In this document: one piece after another, positions 12,761 to 25,700 of the stretch | Numbering within the stretch: position 1 is the stretch's first letter | How the letters are laid out: each line of letters opens with the position of its first letter | Origin: Azolla caroliniana | Lineage: Eukaryota; Plantae; Polypodiophyta | Direction: 5' to 3' | DNA: 64,000 nt | NCBI GenBank assembly: GCA_043228905.1 | Contig: JBHGNT010000009.1 | Span: 18,538,001 to 18,602,000 of the forward strand | Notes under the pieces: model-generated | Database searches by the model: none | What the model was told of the DNA's origin: nothing | Seen by the model: the letters and a program-made list of their open reading frames with translations, nothing else | Position numbers and translations under genes: made by a program

Positions 12761-12850
12761 ATAGTTGGCCATCCATTCAAATGCGTGAAGAAGAAGAAGA
12801 AGAAGAAGAAGAAAGAAGAAAGAAGAAAGAAGCCTTTTCTGTCTCCTCCA

Positions 12851-12859
12851 TTTCCCGCC
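12851..12859 (+). promoter_or_regulatory. Canonical E2F binding site TTTCCCGCC
   Basis: Exact match to TTTSSCGS, about 540 bp upstream of the ATG at 13395. Confidence 0.55.
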
Positions 12860-13336
12860 TCATTCACAGACCCAAAAAAAATGAATGAAGAAACTCTTCT
12901 AAGTTCTTCCCTCCCTCCATTCATTCATTTCGATTTACATTATTCATTTTCCCTCCCATCTCTCCATCGATCGCTCTCTATAATCATCTCAGAAGCAGAA
13001 GATCGCCATCGCCATCGCCATCGCTTTCTTCTTCCTTATTCTTCTTCTTCGTTCTCCTTCTCTGCCTTCATAATCCATTCATCATCCATACTCAGAAGCA
13101 GAAGATCGCCATCGCCATCGCTTTCTTCTTCCTTCTTCTTCTTCATCATCATCTTCTTCGTCCTCCTCCTCTGCCTTCATAATCCATTCATCATCAAATC
13201 CCATCCATTCCTCATCGCCATCGCCATCGCCATCAGGTCATCAGGCCACCGTCGCCTTCTCTATTGCCTTCTTCTCCCATCTATGTCCCTGTAACAGTCC
13301 CGTGACCCGCTCCTTCCCCCCTCCGATTCAAGACCG

Positions 13337-13381
<45 letters not shown>

Positions 13382-13394
13382 TCACTGCCGTGCC

Positions 13395-15903
13395 ATGGCC
13401 ACGGCTGGCTCTTCTCCCTTGCCCAATGTAGCAGGAGCCGGGAAGGTTACGGACACACAGGTAGCTTTCATGGTGGAATGCTACCTCAGAGACTGCCATT
13501 TCGCTAAAACCCTAGATCAGTTCCGCTCCGAAGCCGCACGCGTCTTGCAGCCTCTAAAATCGGTAGGTTCTCGACTTTTCGCTTCTCCTTCTTCTCTTCT
13601 TACTCTGTATTCTGTGTTATGTATTCATGCATGACTGTCTGTTCCTTCTCCCATGGGTTTTCTAACTTCCACAGTTCTTTCTTTCTTTCTTTGCTTCCTT
13701 CGTGCGTCTTCATCTTTTTCCTTCTTTCTTGACTCTGCATCTTTATATACGCCTTTCTGTATTTTATTGATCGGAGATGCAGATTCCGAAGGGTGCTCGC
13801 AGCCTAAGCGCGGTTCTGAATGAATATGTGCTTCTCAAGGAGCAGCAGATTGAGTTCAATAGCGAGAGGTCTCGAGTCCAAGCTCTGTTCAAAGGACTGC
13901 AAGAGATCGTTACTGTGTATCAATCTGTTTCTAATGGCGTCCTCGGAGGAGGAGGAGATCAATTTAACGCCATAGCTTCTCCTGTTCCCTATTCATCTTC
14001 TGCCTCTCCTTCGTCCCAGCAGATTGGTAAGACCAGAGGTCTCTGAAGTTAAGACACTACATTTACATTTCGATCATTCATGTATTGCATTTCATGGCTG
14101 ATCTCTTGACTGGTATGCCGATTCACCTGCATGGCAGTGGAAACCGTCTCTTCTCCTGCGGAGCCTGTGACCAAGGAAGGTTCTGGTTTCTTGTCTTCTT
14201 CTCTCGCCAAGAGAAAAAGCCATGTAATTGACTCTGACACAACGAATAACAACGATTGCTGCATTATTGAAACAGCGAATAAGAAAGCACGCCCGACTTC
14301 TTCCTCGCAGGCGAAGCTCTCGTCTTCTTCTCCATCGCCATCTCCTGCACAAGGTTAGTCTCAGCTCTTCCTGTACAAGAAAACACGGTCTTTGGTATTT
14401 CTTTTGATATGATCATTATCTCTATTTCGCAATCTCTGCAGGAATTCTGATGCAGACTGATCATAACTCTGCTTCGTCTGATCGATCCAACAATAGAGGT
14501 TCAGCTCAACCTAGAACGCCTCCGGTGAAGATTGAACAGAGACAAGCAATATCGTTAACACCTGCATCTCATTCTAATTCTGGGTCACCTTCTGCTATAC
14601 AGCAACAGCAGAAGCCAAATCCCGTGTCTCCACATGTAAACACCATAGCCTCAGTGTCATCAGCACCGACAGCTAACCACTTCCTCTCTCCATTGAGAGC
14701 TAACAATTCTTCTACTTCGCTTCTTCAACATGGTGTTGCGGATTCCCCAACACCTTATCTGCATCCTTCTGCTACCGCAAAGTTGAATAATAGCTCTAAT
14801 AGTAGAAGGATTAATTCTGCCGCTCCCGGTTACACCCTTCGAGCTCCCAAAGAATCGGATCTTTCTTCTTCTGCCGTTGCTAAACCTTCTGTTGCATCTA
14901 ACAGGAAGAAAGGAGGTAACAGTAAGTGCAGATTGTTGGACTTCTCTTCTGCTTCAAATGTTGCTGATTCAGTAGTCTCATCCTCCATGCCAAGTACTTT
15001 GACTGCACAAATCCATGCATCTTCATGCTCTTCGCCATCATCATCATCCTCTTCAGGACATATCCTCCCACAGCTCCCCTTGGAAGCTTCCACTGAGATA
15101 ACACAGCCACAAGCCGTTTCAGCTTCTGAGCTCCCACTGTCTTGCGATGGTGTCTTTTTTGACGATCTTTTTGATCTGGAGCTCGATGTGGATCTAATCT
15201 CTGAGCTCGAGGATTTACAGCCCATGAATGATGTTCTGGGATCTGCTTCTAGACCTCAAGCATCGGTCAGGTATGGTGATGATATCTGCATACTATCGTT
15301 TATCTGAAACCCACTGTTGATCAAGACCTTGATTTCTGATCCATATGTGCAGTGAAGAAGACACTATGGAGAAATCTTCTGATTCTGTAGAATCCTCTCC
15401 ATCTGATCGCAGAGTTCTGAGCGAGAAAGGAAACCTTTTAGGTAAGACAGATTACCATCTATACTATTCTATCCATCTCTTTACTCTGTCTAGTCCATGG
15501 ATATGAAGCCACTTTGCTTCTTCTTTTTTGTCTTATCTGCTGGTCATGAATTGAAATCCTTACGTTGAACCGTGTTATCTTGGTTACAGGTGGACATGGT
15601 GGTCATTTCGAAGGTCAATGTGTTCTACAGATGCAGGATATGGTGGGATCGTACTCTGTTTCTGGTTCTCCAAATCATTCCAAAGCTCTTCGCAGATATA
15701 GTCCATCTGCAGGTAAATAGATATTTTCATACAAGCATGATTCTGATTGTCGTTACATATTCTGATTCATAATGAATTGTGTTTTGGAGCTGTTTTGTTT
15801 CTTCTTCTCAAAGGGTTCCTCATCGTTCTTGTTTCTTGGTTCAGTTTCTGCGGAGAAGCAATGGACAGATAAAGAGAATGTGCCATCGCTGCCTGCCAAA
15901 TGA
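13395..15903 (+). CDS. LisH-domain Ser/Pro-rich protein (plant 'myosin-M heavy protein'/AT2G37960-like family; NPAT-like N-terminus). Exons 13395-13562, 13783-14026, 14138-14353, 14442-15270, 15353-15441, 15590-15712, 15845-15903
   Basis: All six introns are GT-AG and keep the frame. The N-terminus reads GKVTDTQVAFMVECYLRDCHFAKTLDQFRSEA..IPKGARSLSAVLNEYVLLKEQ and the protein ends WTDKENVPSLPAK*. Confidence 0.85.
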
Positions 15904-17049
15904 GCATCAGCCACAGGAATTCTCATTTTGCTAGAAGAATAGGGCTGTACGTTTTTGTATCATTGATCAGGCATCCGCAAGAAGATAATCTCTTAACCCT
16001 AAACCACTTATGATTGATCGATTGATCCTGAAGGGTTAATTCCTAAAACCTAAACCAGTTGTGATTGATTGATCCTAACTCCTAATTCCTAGATGATTGA
16101 ATGCCTGCACTTCTAGAGTGTTTCCTAATCATCTACCAGAGAATTCCTCCCAATTAACTATACTTGTTTGTGGCCATCTCTTCCTAGAATTTAACATAGT
16201 TTGCTAGAGCAATTAGGATTGTATTGGTTTTAGAATCTTACTTGGGGTTCTCCCCACCAAAATTGATGTATACTGCTGTTTGTTTCCATCGAAAGATCAA
16301 ATTGTTTTCTTTTGTTGCTCATAAACATGGGAATGCAAATGGTCGAAACTCTTGATTGCATACCAATCTTACAAATTGAATGGCAATGTCAACTTCAAAT
16401 ATATTCACTGAATGGCAATTTCAGCTTCAAATATATTATTCATTGGCATGTTTGAATCGTTGAACCATCAAATTTACAATAATCGTGGTATTAACTGAAA
16501 ATAGGATATAACCACACATGTGGAAGCAAAAAATGGTTATGGTGCTTGTGGGTGTATGGAGCTCGTCTCCTTGAAATCACAATAGAACTAAGCCACCCTC
16601 CATAGGATTGTTTGATGTCTTGCTTACACCCACACCTACTATAGTGTAGCACAAATAAGATATGATGTGAACATCTCTCTGGATGGTGTAATAGGATTCA
16701 AGTCAGTTGAATCAATTAATCCGGTTTCTTGGCATATGCATCATTAGAAACAATGGTAATTTCACCATAACATGTGGTGGTTGTGTTATGATTTTTCTTT
16801 GTTTCAATGACTCCAATTCTCAAGTCTTGTAGGTTATAATGTGACATTGATGAAACCCAAACTTTGTTATTGCTTTTGCTTGTTCTAATGTTTGCTCTTA
16901 TGCTTGTACCAAGATGCTTAGAGGTAGCCTATTCTTAATTTGATTCCCTTTCTTTCTTGAATTTTATTCTAAAGATACAATTTTATTTTTCAAAGCCAAA
17001 ATGTGATAAGGTGGACATGAGATAATGGGCTATATGGTCATCTTAGATT

Positions 17050-18700
17050 GGTAGGAGGCTCTTGTCTCACCATGCATTCTTTTTTACTTTAATCCTTTTG
17101 GTTTTTTTCCCCAATAGAGATTACATTTGCATTCAAAAAAGCCCTAAGGTTGTACATAAACTCTGTACATGTAGTTAAGCTCGTGCTAAGTTCTAACTTC
17201 TAACTATTGGCTTAAATAAATACTTTGGTATAGAGTAGAAACATTTGCGTTGTCTAAAATCCACCTATAAAATATTCCTTTGTCCCATATGGCATGAAAC
17301 TCTTAAGTGTAACTTTGCTTGTTGCATACTACCTTTTGTGTTATCCAAAGAACCTCTAAGATTATGCACAATTTTTGTCCACATCCTAGTCTATTAGTTA
17401 TTTAAGTAGGTCTTTTAGTCACATTTTGGAATACCGTCAAACATCTAGCCTTCCAAATATACCAAATGTTACCTATTGGCATAGTTTAGGTTTACCAATC
17501 TTTATTTGAGGTATGCTTGTTTTTTGCATCAAATCATGTCTCATAGAAAGAGCATACGCAACATCCTCTTGTTCATATAACATTTGGTTAACCTTGTACC
17601 ATCGACCATAATATCGCGCCTTATGTTTAGCCGCTCAAGAATAATATCGCGCCTTATGTTTAGCCTTATGTTTAGCCGCTCATTACGATTCTTTCTCATA
17701 TTCCCATCGCAAAATCACAACTATACAAACAATGCTTAGCAATTTCCTCTAGATTTGTACAAAAAGGACGTATGTGGTTGGCGTTCACCCCTTTTTGCCA
17801 ACCATTAACTAGTTTTTTTAAAAAGTATTTTTATAGGTTACTTAGCAAAAAACATGACTTTTTAGCCCATAAGTCATTCTTGTGATGAAGCAATTTATGC
17901 TCATCCAACATACTAGTGAACAATACTTGACGATTGGAGGTGAGTGAAACTCTTGTCAATGGTTGAAATGTTTGGTCAACCCTCTTATCTTCTCAAGTCT
18001 ATTAACCTCAAGCAAAAGAGAAGGGAGGAAAGACGTTGTGACAAAACATAATGAGTGAGCAAGTGTAACCTTTGCCGCTTGATAGAATCCAAGATTGACT
18101 TCACTAATGAAACATGCTCAATGAGCAAAGGCCAATAAAGAGTGAAGGGTACTAGTAGTGTCAATTTCTAGCCTTGCATTGAATGTCCAATAAACTCTAG
18201 ACTAAGAAATTGCCCTTACATCAAAATATGATGGTTGTGAGATCATCCCACGAAGTAAATATTGCGCCTACAAGTTGTTATAACTATCCAATACACTTGA
18301 ACAAAAAGTATCCCAAACTTGTGGTGGGTTGTCAAACTTAAATCTCCATAGTAGCCAATTTCTCCGAAAAGTGAAGGCCTTGACGAATAGAGTCTACGGA
18401 ATGTAAAAGGGAATGGATTGTGGATACACACAAATGGAGACTTAGGATCTCGATGGTCAATGTAACGCATGAATTATGAACAATTTCTACCTTAGGTAAA
18501 ACCTAAACAATACCTTGGTTTCTTTTGACCCAACTTCCTAGCTACTATTTGACAATAAGCTCTTAACGTTTAATAATGAAAGGGCATAAAGTTCAAGTGA
18601 AATGGTGGCATTTCAACTAAAATGATACATATTTGCAATACTATATGTTTGCATTTTTGTCATTTTGTTGTCTAGACTTTTTACAAATGATAAAGTAATA
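17050..18700 (-). mobile_element. Highly degraded LINE ORF2 C-terminal remnant
   Basis: Minus frames give EEIAKHCLYSCDFA (zinc knuckle) and IWYIWKARCLTVFQN..MWTKIVHNLRGSLD, paralleling the LINE tail at 1820-2220. Boundaries approximate. Confidence 0.6.
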
Positions 18701-19849
18701 ATAGCAATGTATATAAGATTCATTTATTAGGAAACCTAATCTAGTATGTGTTATGCGGATGCCGAGTAGGTGTTTTCTTGAGATATTGAATCATAATTCA
18801 TACCTTGGCAATTGTTCTTAAGTAAATGGTGGTTTTCTTTTTTACTTGATTATGCGACTATAATTAGTTTCTTCTTTCATGTATTCCTAACTTCTTTTAT
18901 TGCTTTTTTGGCTTTGTTCACAAAGTGCACAAATGAAAATCATCATGAAGGCATACTAAATGGACATCATACATAACTTTTATCTTTGGTGGTGTCGTGT
19001 ACAATGTTTTGTCACATCAACATGTAGTGAATTGTGTGTAGGTTGAATGGGATTAGAGAGTGATCCATCCCAAATATAGAGGATGAAGGGGTGAGGTGGA
19101 CTATAAAGAGAGGCTATGGGGAGTCGGGACCTAAGAGTAACATGCTTACATAGGTAGGGGTGAGTAATCATAGTTTGTGGTAATGGCACTTGTTAAATCC
19201 AATACCCCCATGATAGGTGTTTAAGAGAGTCTTGGAGTTCGAGTTCGGATGCGACGGCGATGACGACACATGGTTTACAAGTGTAAAAAGAATTGTGGGT
19301 AGATAGGCTGCAACGGTGCTTGTCCATATCTAAAAGTGTGGAAGCCATTCCTTCTATATGCGCTCTGCATTGCCTAGGGAAAGGAGACACTAAAATCTAT
19401 GTTGTCCATTCCATGAGGGAGGACCAAGAGTGTGGGTTTGAACTACACACGATGAAATGTGGTGGAAGACCTGTGTCTTCCTCATCCATTTCCTTCTTGT
19501 GTGTACATACATGCATCTATCTATCTATCTATCTATCTATATATAGGTATAGATATATGGCACTAGCTTTTGTGTCCTCTTGAGAAGTTAGGTCCTCCAA
19601 TCCCATGTGGCAACTCATCTACCTATTGGCAATCACAATTGTTCCCTCTTGTAGTAGCCATGCATGGTCCGTCAAATCCTTACACTACAATGTCAAAATA
19701 GTTTGGTCTTAATAACATAATTTGGTTTGGGCTTAGTTGGTTTAGCATATTAACTTGTTGCATAAGATTTTGAATTGCAAATCGATCCCACTCTGTTGCT
19801 ATTGTGCCAACCACCACCGAGACATCCATGCAAGAGGGAGATCTTGTCC

Positions 19850-21650
19850 AAGCCAAACTAGTTTAGAATGTTTCAAACTTGATTTGAATTAAACCAAAAC
19901 GAACCCTAAATTAGTTTAGCCTAAACCAGTTAAACGCAACTAGTTTAGGCTTAAATTAATTCTTCTAAGGAAATGCAAGAATAAACACGAATATTTCCAA
20001 AAAATCAAATAAATCTGAAAATTTGTAGGGTTGTATTTCATAAACATCAGCAATTCCAAAAATCTAAAAATTCATCACTTGTCCAAGTACAAGTATTCCA
20101 CAATATCATTCTTTCTTCTCATCATGTCTTCTAAATCAATATTGTCGATCGAAACTATTATATCTATCATTAATATCTTTGGTTATAGAAATGTTTGCAC
20201 CATGAAGTAAATCCAACCAAGATCTATTGCACATCATCACCTTGAAAGTGCATGCATGCAATTGAAACCTATCTTCAAAGTTATCATGATAATGAGCTTT
20301 AGAGTTAGCTTCCTCTGAAGGCATCAATGAAGTTGGAATTGCCAAATATTCACATGTTATCTTGTACATCTTTGGTAATTTGAGCAGGTTTCAAATCATC
20401 AAATTAAATAATATCAACAAGTGTGTTTAAAACGTAAGGAAAGATTCAACCAAACATGTTCGTAAACCACATTAAAGAGGATCTATGCCATTCTTTACTT
20501 GTGGAAGCTTCAAGAAATCTTCAATTTTTGATTCAATAACCGCCTTAGTGGGCGAAGATAAAGGAGTTGTAGCTTGATTATCTTCCATAATAATGTCCAC
20601 ATGACGTATATCACATGACCTTGCTTGTGATCAATGATTTTCATGAGTGGTTGCGTCCTGGGGATTGGCTATGGTCATGCACCTAGGTTCACTCGTTTGT
20701 GTTGTGATGTCTTTTGATGCAAGGTACAACATAATAGTGTGGTTGCTAATGGGGTGGTTTGGTAGCTGGCTAGAAAGAGAAGATGGTCCTATGATCCAAG
20801 TAGTACGTGCCCTCTCTAACTCCTATAAGAGACTCAAAGAGGCACATTGACCATGTAACCACAACATTGTGGATAATTGGCAGAGAGACCAACCATGTGC
20901 TAGATATTTTGGGCCTTAATTATTCCACAACAAACATATGGTCACTTGAATTGAGTTGATCCACGTACTCAATAGTTCATATGATGCAATTGTCCACCTT
21001 AATGTCTCCTTACAAAGTAGTATCACGCCACTTAGCTATTATAGCCATGTTGTTAGTGAAAAGGTGCATGCTATAGAGCTAAGTCCATTATGCTATTATG
21101 ATCTTTTCTTTATACCTTTACATATGTACCCATTTCTCTAAGGGATATATGTTCTTTACAAGTAGTTGGTGAAGTTTGCAAAATGCATGGCATTAGGTTG
21201 ATTGTCCAACACATAATACTACTCTTAGACAATATCAACAAACATGATTCAAATTAAAGAGTTCTCCAAAATATTCTCCGCACTCAAGCGAGCATGCATT
21301 AGTGAAAGTTCAAGACTGTGGCTTTATAAAGTGAAATGCCAAGGTCTTGGTTTGATCCACTTGTTCTTATGTATGTCAGTCAAGTGATCAAGTTACGTTG
21401 TTGACTAGATAAACCTAGTAGACACTCTCCGTTACATGTATTACATACTGCATTATTAAGTTGAGGTTCAAAATTGTTCGCATTATTAAGTTGAGGTTCA
21501 AAATTGTTCTAAACTGCATGTTGCTTGTTGATGAGCATTATTATAGGTAACTGTGCGTATGTCACATAGGGTAAAAATCTGCTATTTGGATCAAAGCATC
21601 TCAATGTAGTATCTTTTAGCAATACCATATGTTACATTTTTTAACCAAAG
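19850..21650 (-). mobile_element. Degraded hAT transposon remnant
   Basis: MYKITCEYLAIPTSLMPSEEANS at 20369-20300 resembles the hAT dimerisation motif (ARDYLAIPASSVPSE). AAACC-rich subterminal-like repeats at 19850-19950. The upstream extent is uncertain. Confidence 0.6.
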
Positions 21651-21956
21651 GAGGCCTTACGTGGCACTAGAACTTGTTAATCCTTGTTGATGGGTATTGG
21701 TTATTATTACATTTAAAAATATGTGCGTGTTTCAGGAAAATCAGCACACTAGTTGAGAGTAAAGCTAAGTTGGGGGTGAACGCAAAGTTGGGTGGGGTAT
21801 ATGGTCTCAGAGGCATCCTCTTTTGTCTAGCAAGTAGCCGGCCATGAGATTAGCCAATGTGGTGTTAATTAGGCCACATGTATCGATAACTATGTAAAAC
21901 TAGATGAGTTGATCAAGGATACATAGTAGTAGACGAGGAAGAGGCTTGGTGAAGAG

Positions 21957-22234
21957 TAACAATCGGCAACGGTTCGGTTCGGTTCGAGAGGGTCCAAACC
22001 AAACTGGTTTGAAACCGAACCGCAGTTTCGTAGTTCGGTTTCGATTTTTAGCTTAGGTCAAATTTAAATTTGTTAAATTTTTTTATATTTCAATTTTTTT
22101 AATTTTAAAGATTTTCGTAAAATGTGAGAATAAGGAAAAGAATTTTTAAAACAAGTTTTTACAATTAAAAAAAAAAAAACCATTAAACCGTTTAAACCAC
22201 GGTTTCGTGGTTCAGGAACCATTGCAGATTATTA
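21957..22234. mobile_element. hAT-type MITE, 278 bp
   Basis: 19-bp TIRs TAACAATCGGCAACGGTTC and GAACCATTGCAGATTATTA (16/19). 8-bp TSD GTGAAGAG (21949-21956) and GTGAAGTG (22235-22242). Subterminal CGGTT/AACCG repeats and an AT-rich core. Confidence 0.85.
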
Positions 22235-22330
22235 GTGAAGTGTGTGTTTAGGGTTTCCATGAACCTCGAGCAAGCGACAAATTAGTTTAGGGTTTACATC
22301 AACCTTCAAGAAGTGACAAATTGAATGAAT

Positions 22331-22357
22331 GGGTTTAGGGTTTAGGGTTTAGGGTTT
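22331..22357 (+). repeat. Short interstitial plant telomere repeat (TTTAGGG), about 4 copies / telo-box cluster
   Basis: GGGTTTAGGGTTTAGGGTTTAGGGTTT, with single copies at 22247 and 22286. Confidence 0.85.
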
Positions 22358-22760
22358 AAATGAGTTGCTACTTAATATTTGGACACAAAGGAAAAGGAAT
22401 ACCAAGAGCAAATAAAAAGAAAAAGAACTTATTTAACTAATTTGAAATTAAAAATAAAATTTAAATTAATAGATTAAATTTAAAATTATTAAAAACCAAT
22501 TTATATACAGTATTCTTTCTTCTGCATGAACTCTTCTTCTTCTTCTTCTTGAAGCTTCCGCCATCGCCATCGCCACCGCCTCGCCTCTCTCTCTCTGTCT
22601 CTGTGTGTCTTTATCTGTCTCTCTGTCTCTGTGTGTCTTTATCTGTCTTTCTCTCTCATTGATCCCTGCCTCATCACTATTGACCTGATCTTACCGCCAT
22701 AGCCAATACAACAATATAGCTCTGTGAATTTTAGGTTTCCCCACCTGTACGCTCGCCCCC

Positions 22761-25700
22761 ATGGATACTGCAGGTTTCGTGACCTCCCTCCTCACCTCCT
22801 TCGCCATCTTCTTGCTCCTCCTCGCTCTCCATGCCTGCCTCTCTCGCCTCCCTTCCAACTCCGTCATTTACTACCCGCGGAAGATCCTGAACAATATCAC
22901 GCCTCCTTCCAGGCCTGGTCCCTTCCTCTGGATCAAAGAATCTTACCTTGCAACTGAAGACGAGATCATCGGTCATGCTGGCCTCGATGCCACAATCTAC
23001 ATGATATTTCTTGGCTCTGGTAACATCCGAATTCGAATTCGCATCGAATGCATCTTCTTTGGATATTGTTCAGATTCGTTTCCTGATTCTCTTGCTTGTT
23101 TCGAAGCTTTCTCCACCATTTATGGCTGTTAATTGGTCAGAAAATAAAAAATACTGTTTTATGCTGATTCCTTTAAACAATCTGGTTTCTTAAAAGCATT
23201 TCTATAACTATTTGCCTTGCCTAACTCCAAATTTATTTCAAGCTGTGTATGATAAAAGCTTTTTAAGTCCTTACAACAATTATGGCTCGTTGAGGAAAAT
23301 GCAGCTTCCGTTATAGATTTAGATTCTTAAAATAGGGAAAAATGTCTACATTTCAACTTTGTATAGTATGATATTTGAGCTTTTTTTGGTTGCAGGCTAT
23401 GAGTGAAACAGAAAATGATAAAAGGAATTAATGCATTTTCCTGTTGCATTGTTTTGTGGTAAATAGCTCTTTCGATTTGTCTGTATACTGCATTCTTCTG
23501 CGTGCCTGTGCTGCTTCCGCTATCTGGAACAGACCATAATTTCAAGGTGACAGGCCAGAACAATGCTTCGAGTAATACTTCAAATTCAAATTTCGACAGG
23601 GTTGCTATGGGGAATGTCCGGGTAAGTGCATTGAAACGTGAAACTGGAAAATAATCTGAGAGATGAGAAATTTGAGGATTCATATAGAGAGAAGTGTAGA
23701 GAGTGAGAATGATGAGTGATGATGGCATGTCTCCTGTATTCTGGATGTAAAATTTAAACATAATTTCCCCAGAGGAAGACAAAGAGTGTGAGTTGGATTT
23801 CTCTTTGGCAATAAATTTGAGCTTATTGGAAATCAAAAGAGATTTAGATTTCTCTGCATGTTGCAAATGGAAAATTTGAATTCATCAGAAGAAATATGTA
23901 TATATTGACATATACACAGAGAGAGAGAGATATAAAGAGAGAGTATATTGTTTACTCTTTGTTCCTAATTTGATTTATTCGTGTTTTTGATATGTCAGGA
24001 TGAGAGCAAACGCCTGTGGGCTTTTGCAGTTGGAGCATATTGGCTCACCATAGCCACATTTTATGTTCTTTGGAAATCTTACAAGCACGTCATCCTCTTG
24101 AGAACTCAAGATCAATCATCTCTGACGGCTAAACCAGAGCAATATGCTGTTCTTGTAAGGGATATTCCTTCTCCTCTCACAGGATCTATAGCTCAAGAGG
24201 TTGAAGATTACTTCAGAAGTCTGCATCCAGGAACCTATGAGAGCTTCATCATCGTGACTAACATGTCCAAGGTAAACCTCGATTTGAATCTTTCAATGCT
24301 AGAATTGTTCTGATATAGCTTTAAATGTCAATTCGCCTTCTATTTGTTTTTGTTTTTCTCATTTTCTGCTTCTGTTTTGGCGTTGTTGATCTATCTATCA
24401 CCACTCAGATTAATTCCCTCTTTTATCTGCCCTTTTTCTAAGATATTCAATTCATGTCCTGATGCAATTTTGCATTATTTCTCGCTTTGCTTGCTTTCAC
24501 TTTGCCGTTCTAGGGATTTTGGTCATTCCCTGCTTCTGTTTACTGTCCTTGATGTCTCTGTTGTTGCTCAGATTAATGCTGGCTCTCCTTAGACAAGTTC
24601 TTTCTATTAGTCCAGAAGAAACGCCCGACAGCTACACATCTACCACGATGAGGTGATAAACAACATATGTAAAGGGTAAACTTTTCTCTGGTATTTGTTT
24701 TAGGTCTCCAAGATCTGGGAGAAGATGGAGGGGTTTAGGAAGAAACAAGCTCATGCAGAGACAGTATATGAACAGACAAAGTCTCGGCCCACACATAAGA
24801 CTGGGATTCTGGGTCTCTGTGGACCCCGAGTAGACTCCATTGATTATTACAAGGAAGAGAAAGAGAAGCAAGCAGCTGCCCTCAAAGATGAGCAGATTCT
24901 CACACAATCTAAACTTCAGAAAGGCTCTGCCATAGTCTTCTTCAATAGTAGAGCTGCAGCTACAAGTGCTGGTCAGGTTAAAAAGAAAACTTTCTTTCTA
25001 TTTGCTTATTGTCTGTACCATCTTCTTTTGATTGAATGCATGCATTTCTTTATGTATTGCCATGTAATGGGGTATGTTTCAATGTACAAAATCAACACAT
25101 CCAAATTGCATTGTTGGGTTTTCTAATTGGCTATGTAAGTAGGCTATATATAGCTAGCATTTTCTTAAAGGGGAAATTACAGAAAAACATATGCTTTAAA
25201 TCCTCAGTTCATAAAAGGAATCCCACTGTAATACTATTCAGAACTGTGGCTATCTATTATTAATGATCTGATTAATGCAGTAATCTCTTTTCCATCTGAG
25301 AATGTGAAACACTTTCATGTTAGGCTTAGTTTCTGTGATAAATGTATAGTATTGTTTTTAAAACAGGTTATGCATAGCCCCTTTGCTAATCAGTGGACGA
25401 CTTATCCGGCTCCGGAACCTCGAGAAGTGGTTTGGAGAAACCTACCTATTCCATTGGTGCAAAGGCTCATCCGGCAATTTATTGTCTATAGTTCGGTTGT
25501 TCTCATGATACTCTTCTACATGATACCCATCGGTTTTATCTCGGCAATCATCTCCCTCAATAACCTAGTCAACAAGCTTCCATTCCTGAAACCCATCGTA
25601 GATATCCCGGTGGTCAATGCAATACTCCAAGCTTTCTTGCCTCAGCTCGTGCTCGTTATCTTCCTTTTCTTGCTTCCTTTTATCTTATTGAAGCTCTCGG

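Noticed and set aside
12187-12924. 245-aa minus ORF and overlapping ORFs
   Set aside because: Translations of (TACA)/(TATG)/(GAA) microsatellites.
22331-22357. Possible telomere or fusion site
   Set aside because: Only about four units; better explained as promoter telo-boxes.
23327-23866. 179-aa minus ORF
   Set aside because: Antisense to ERD4 exon 2 and its introns, with no coding signature.
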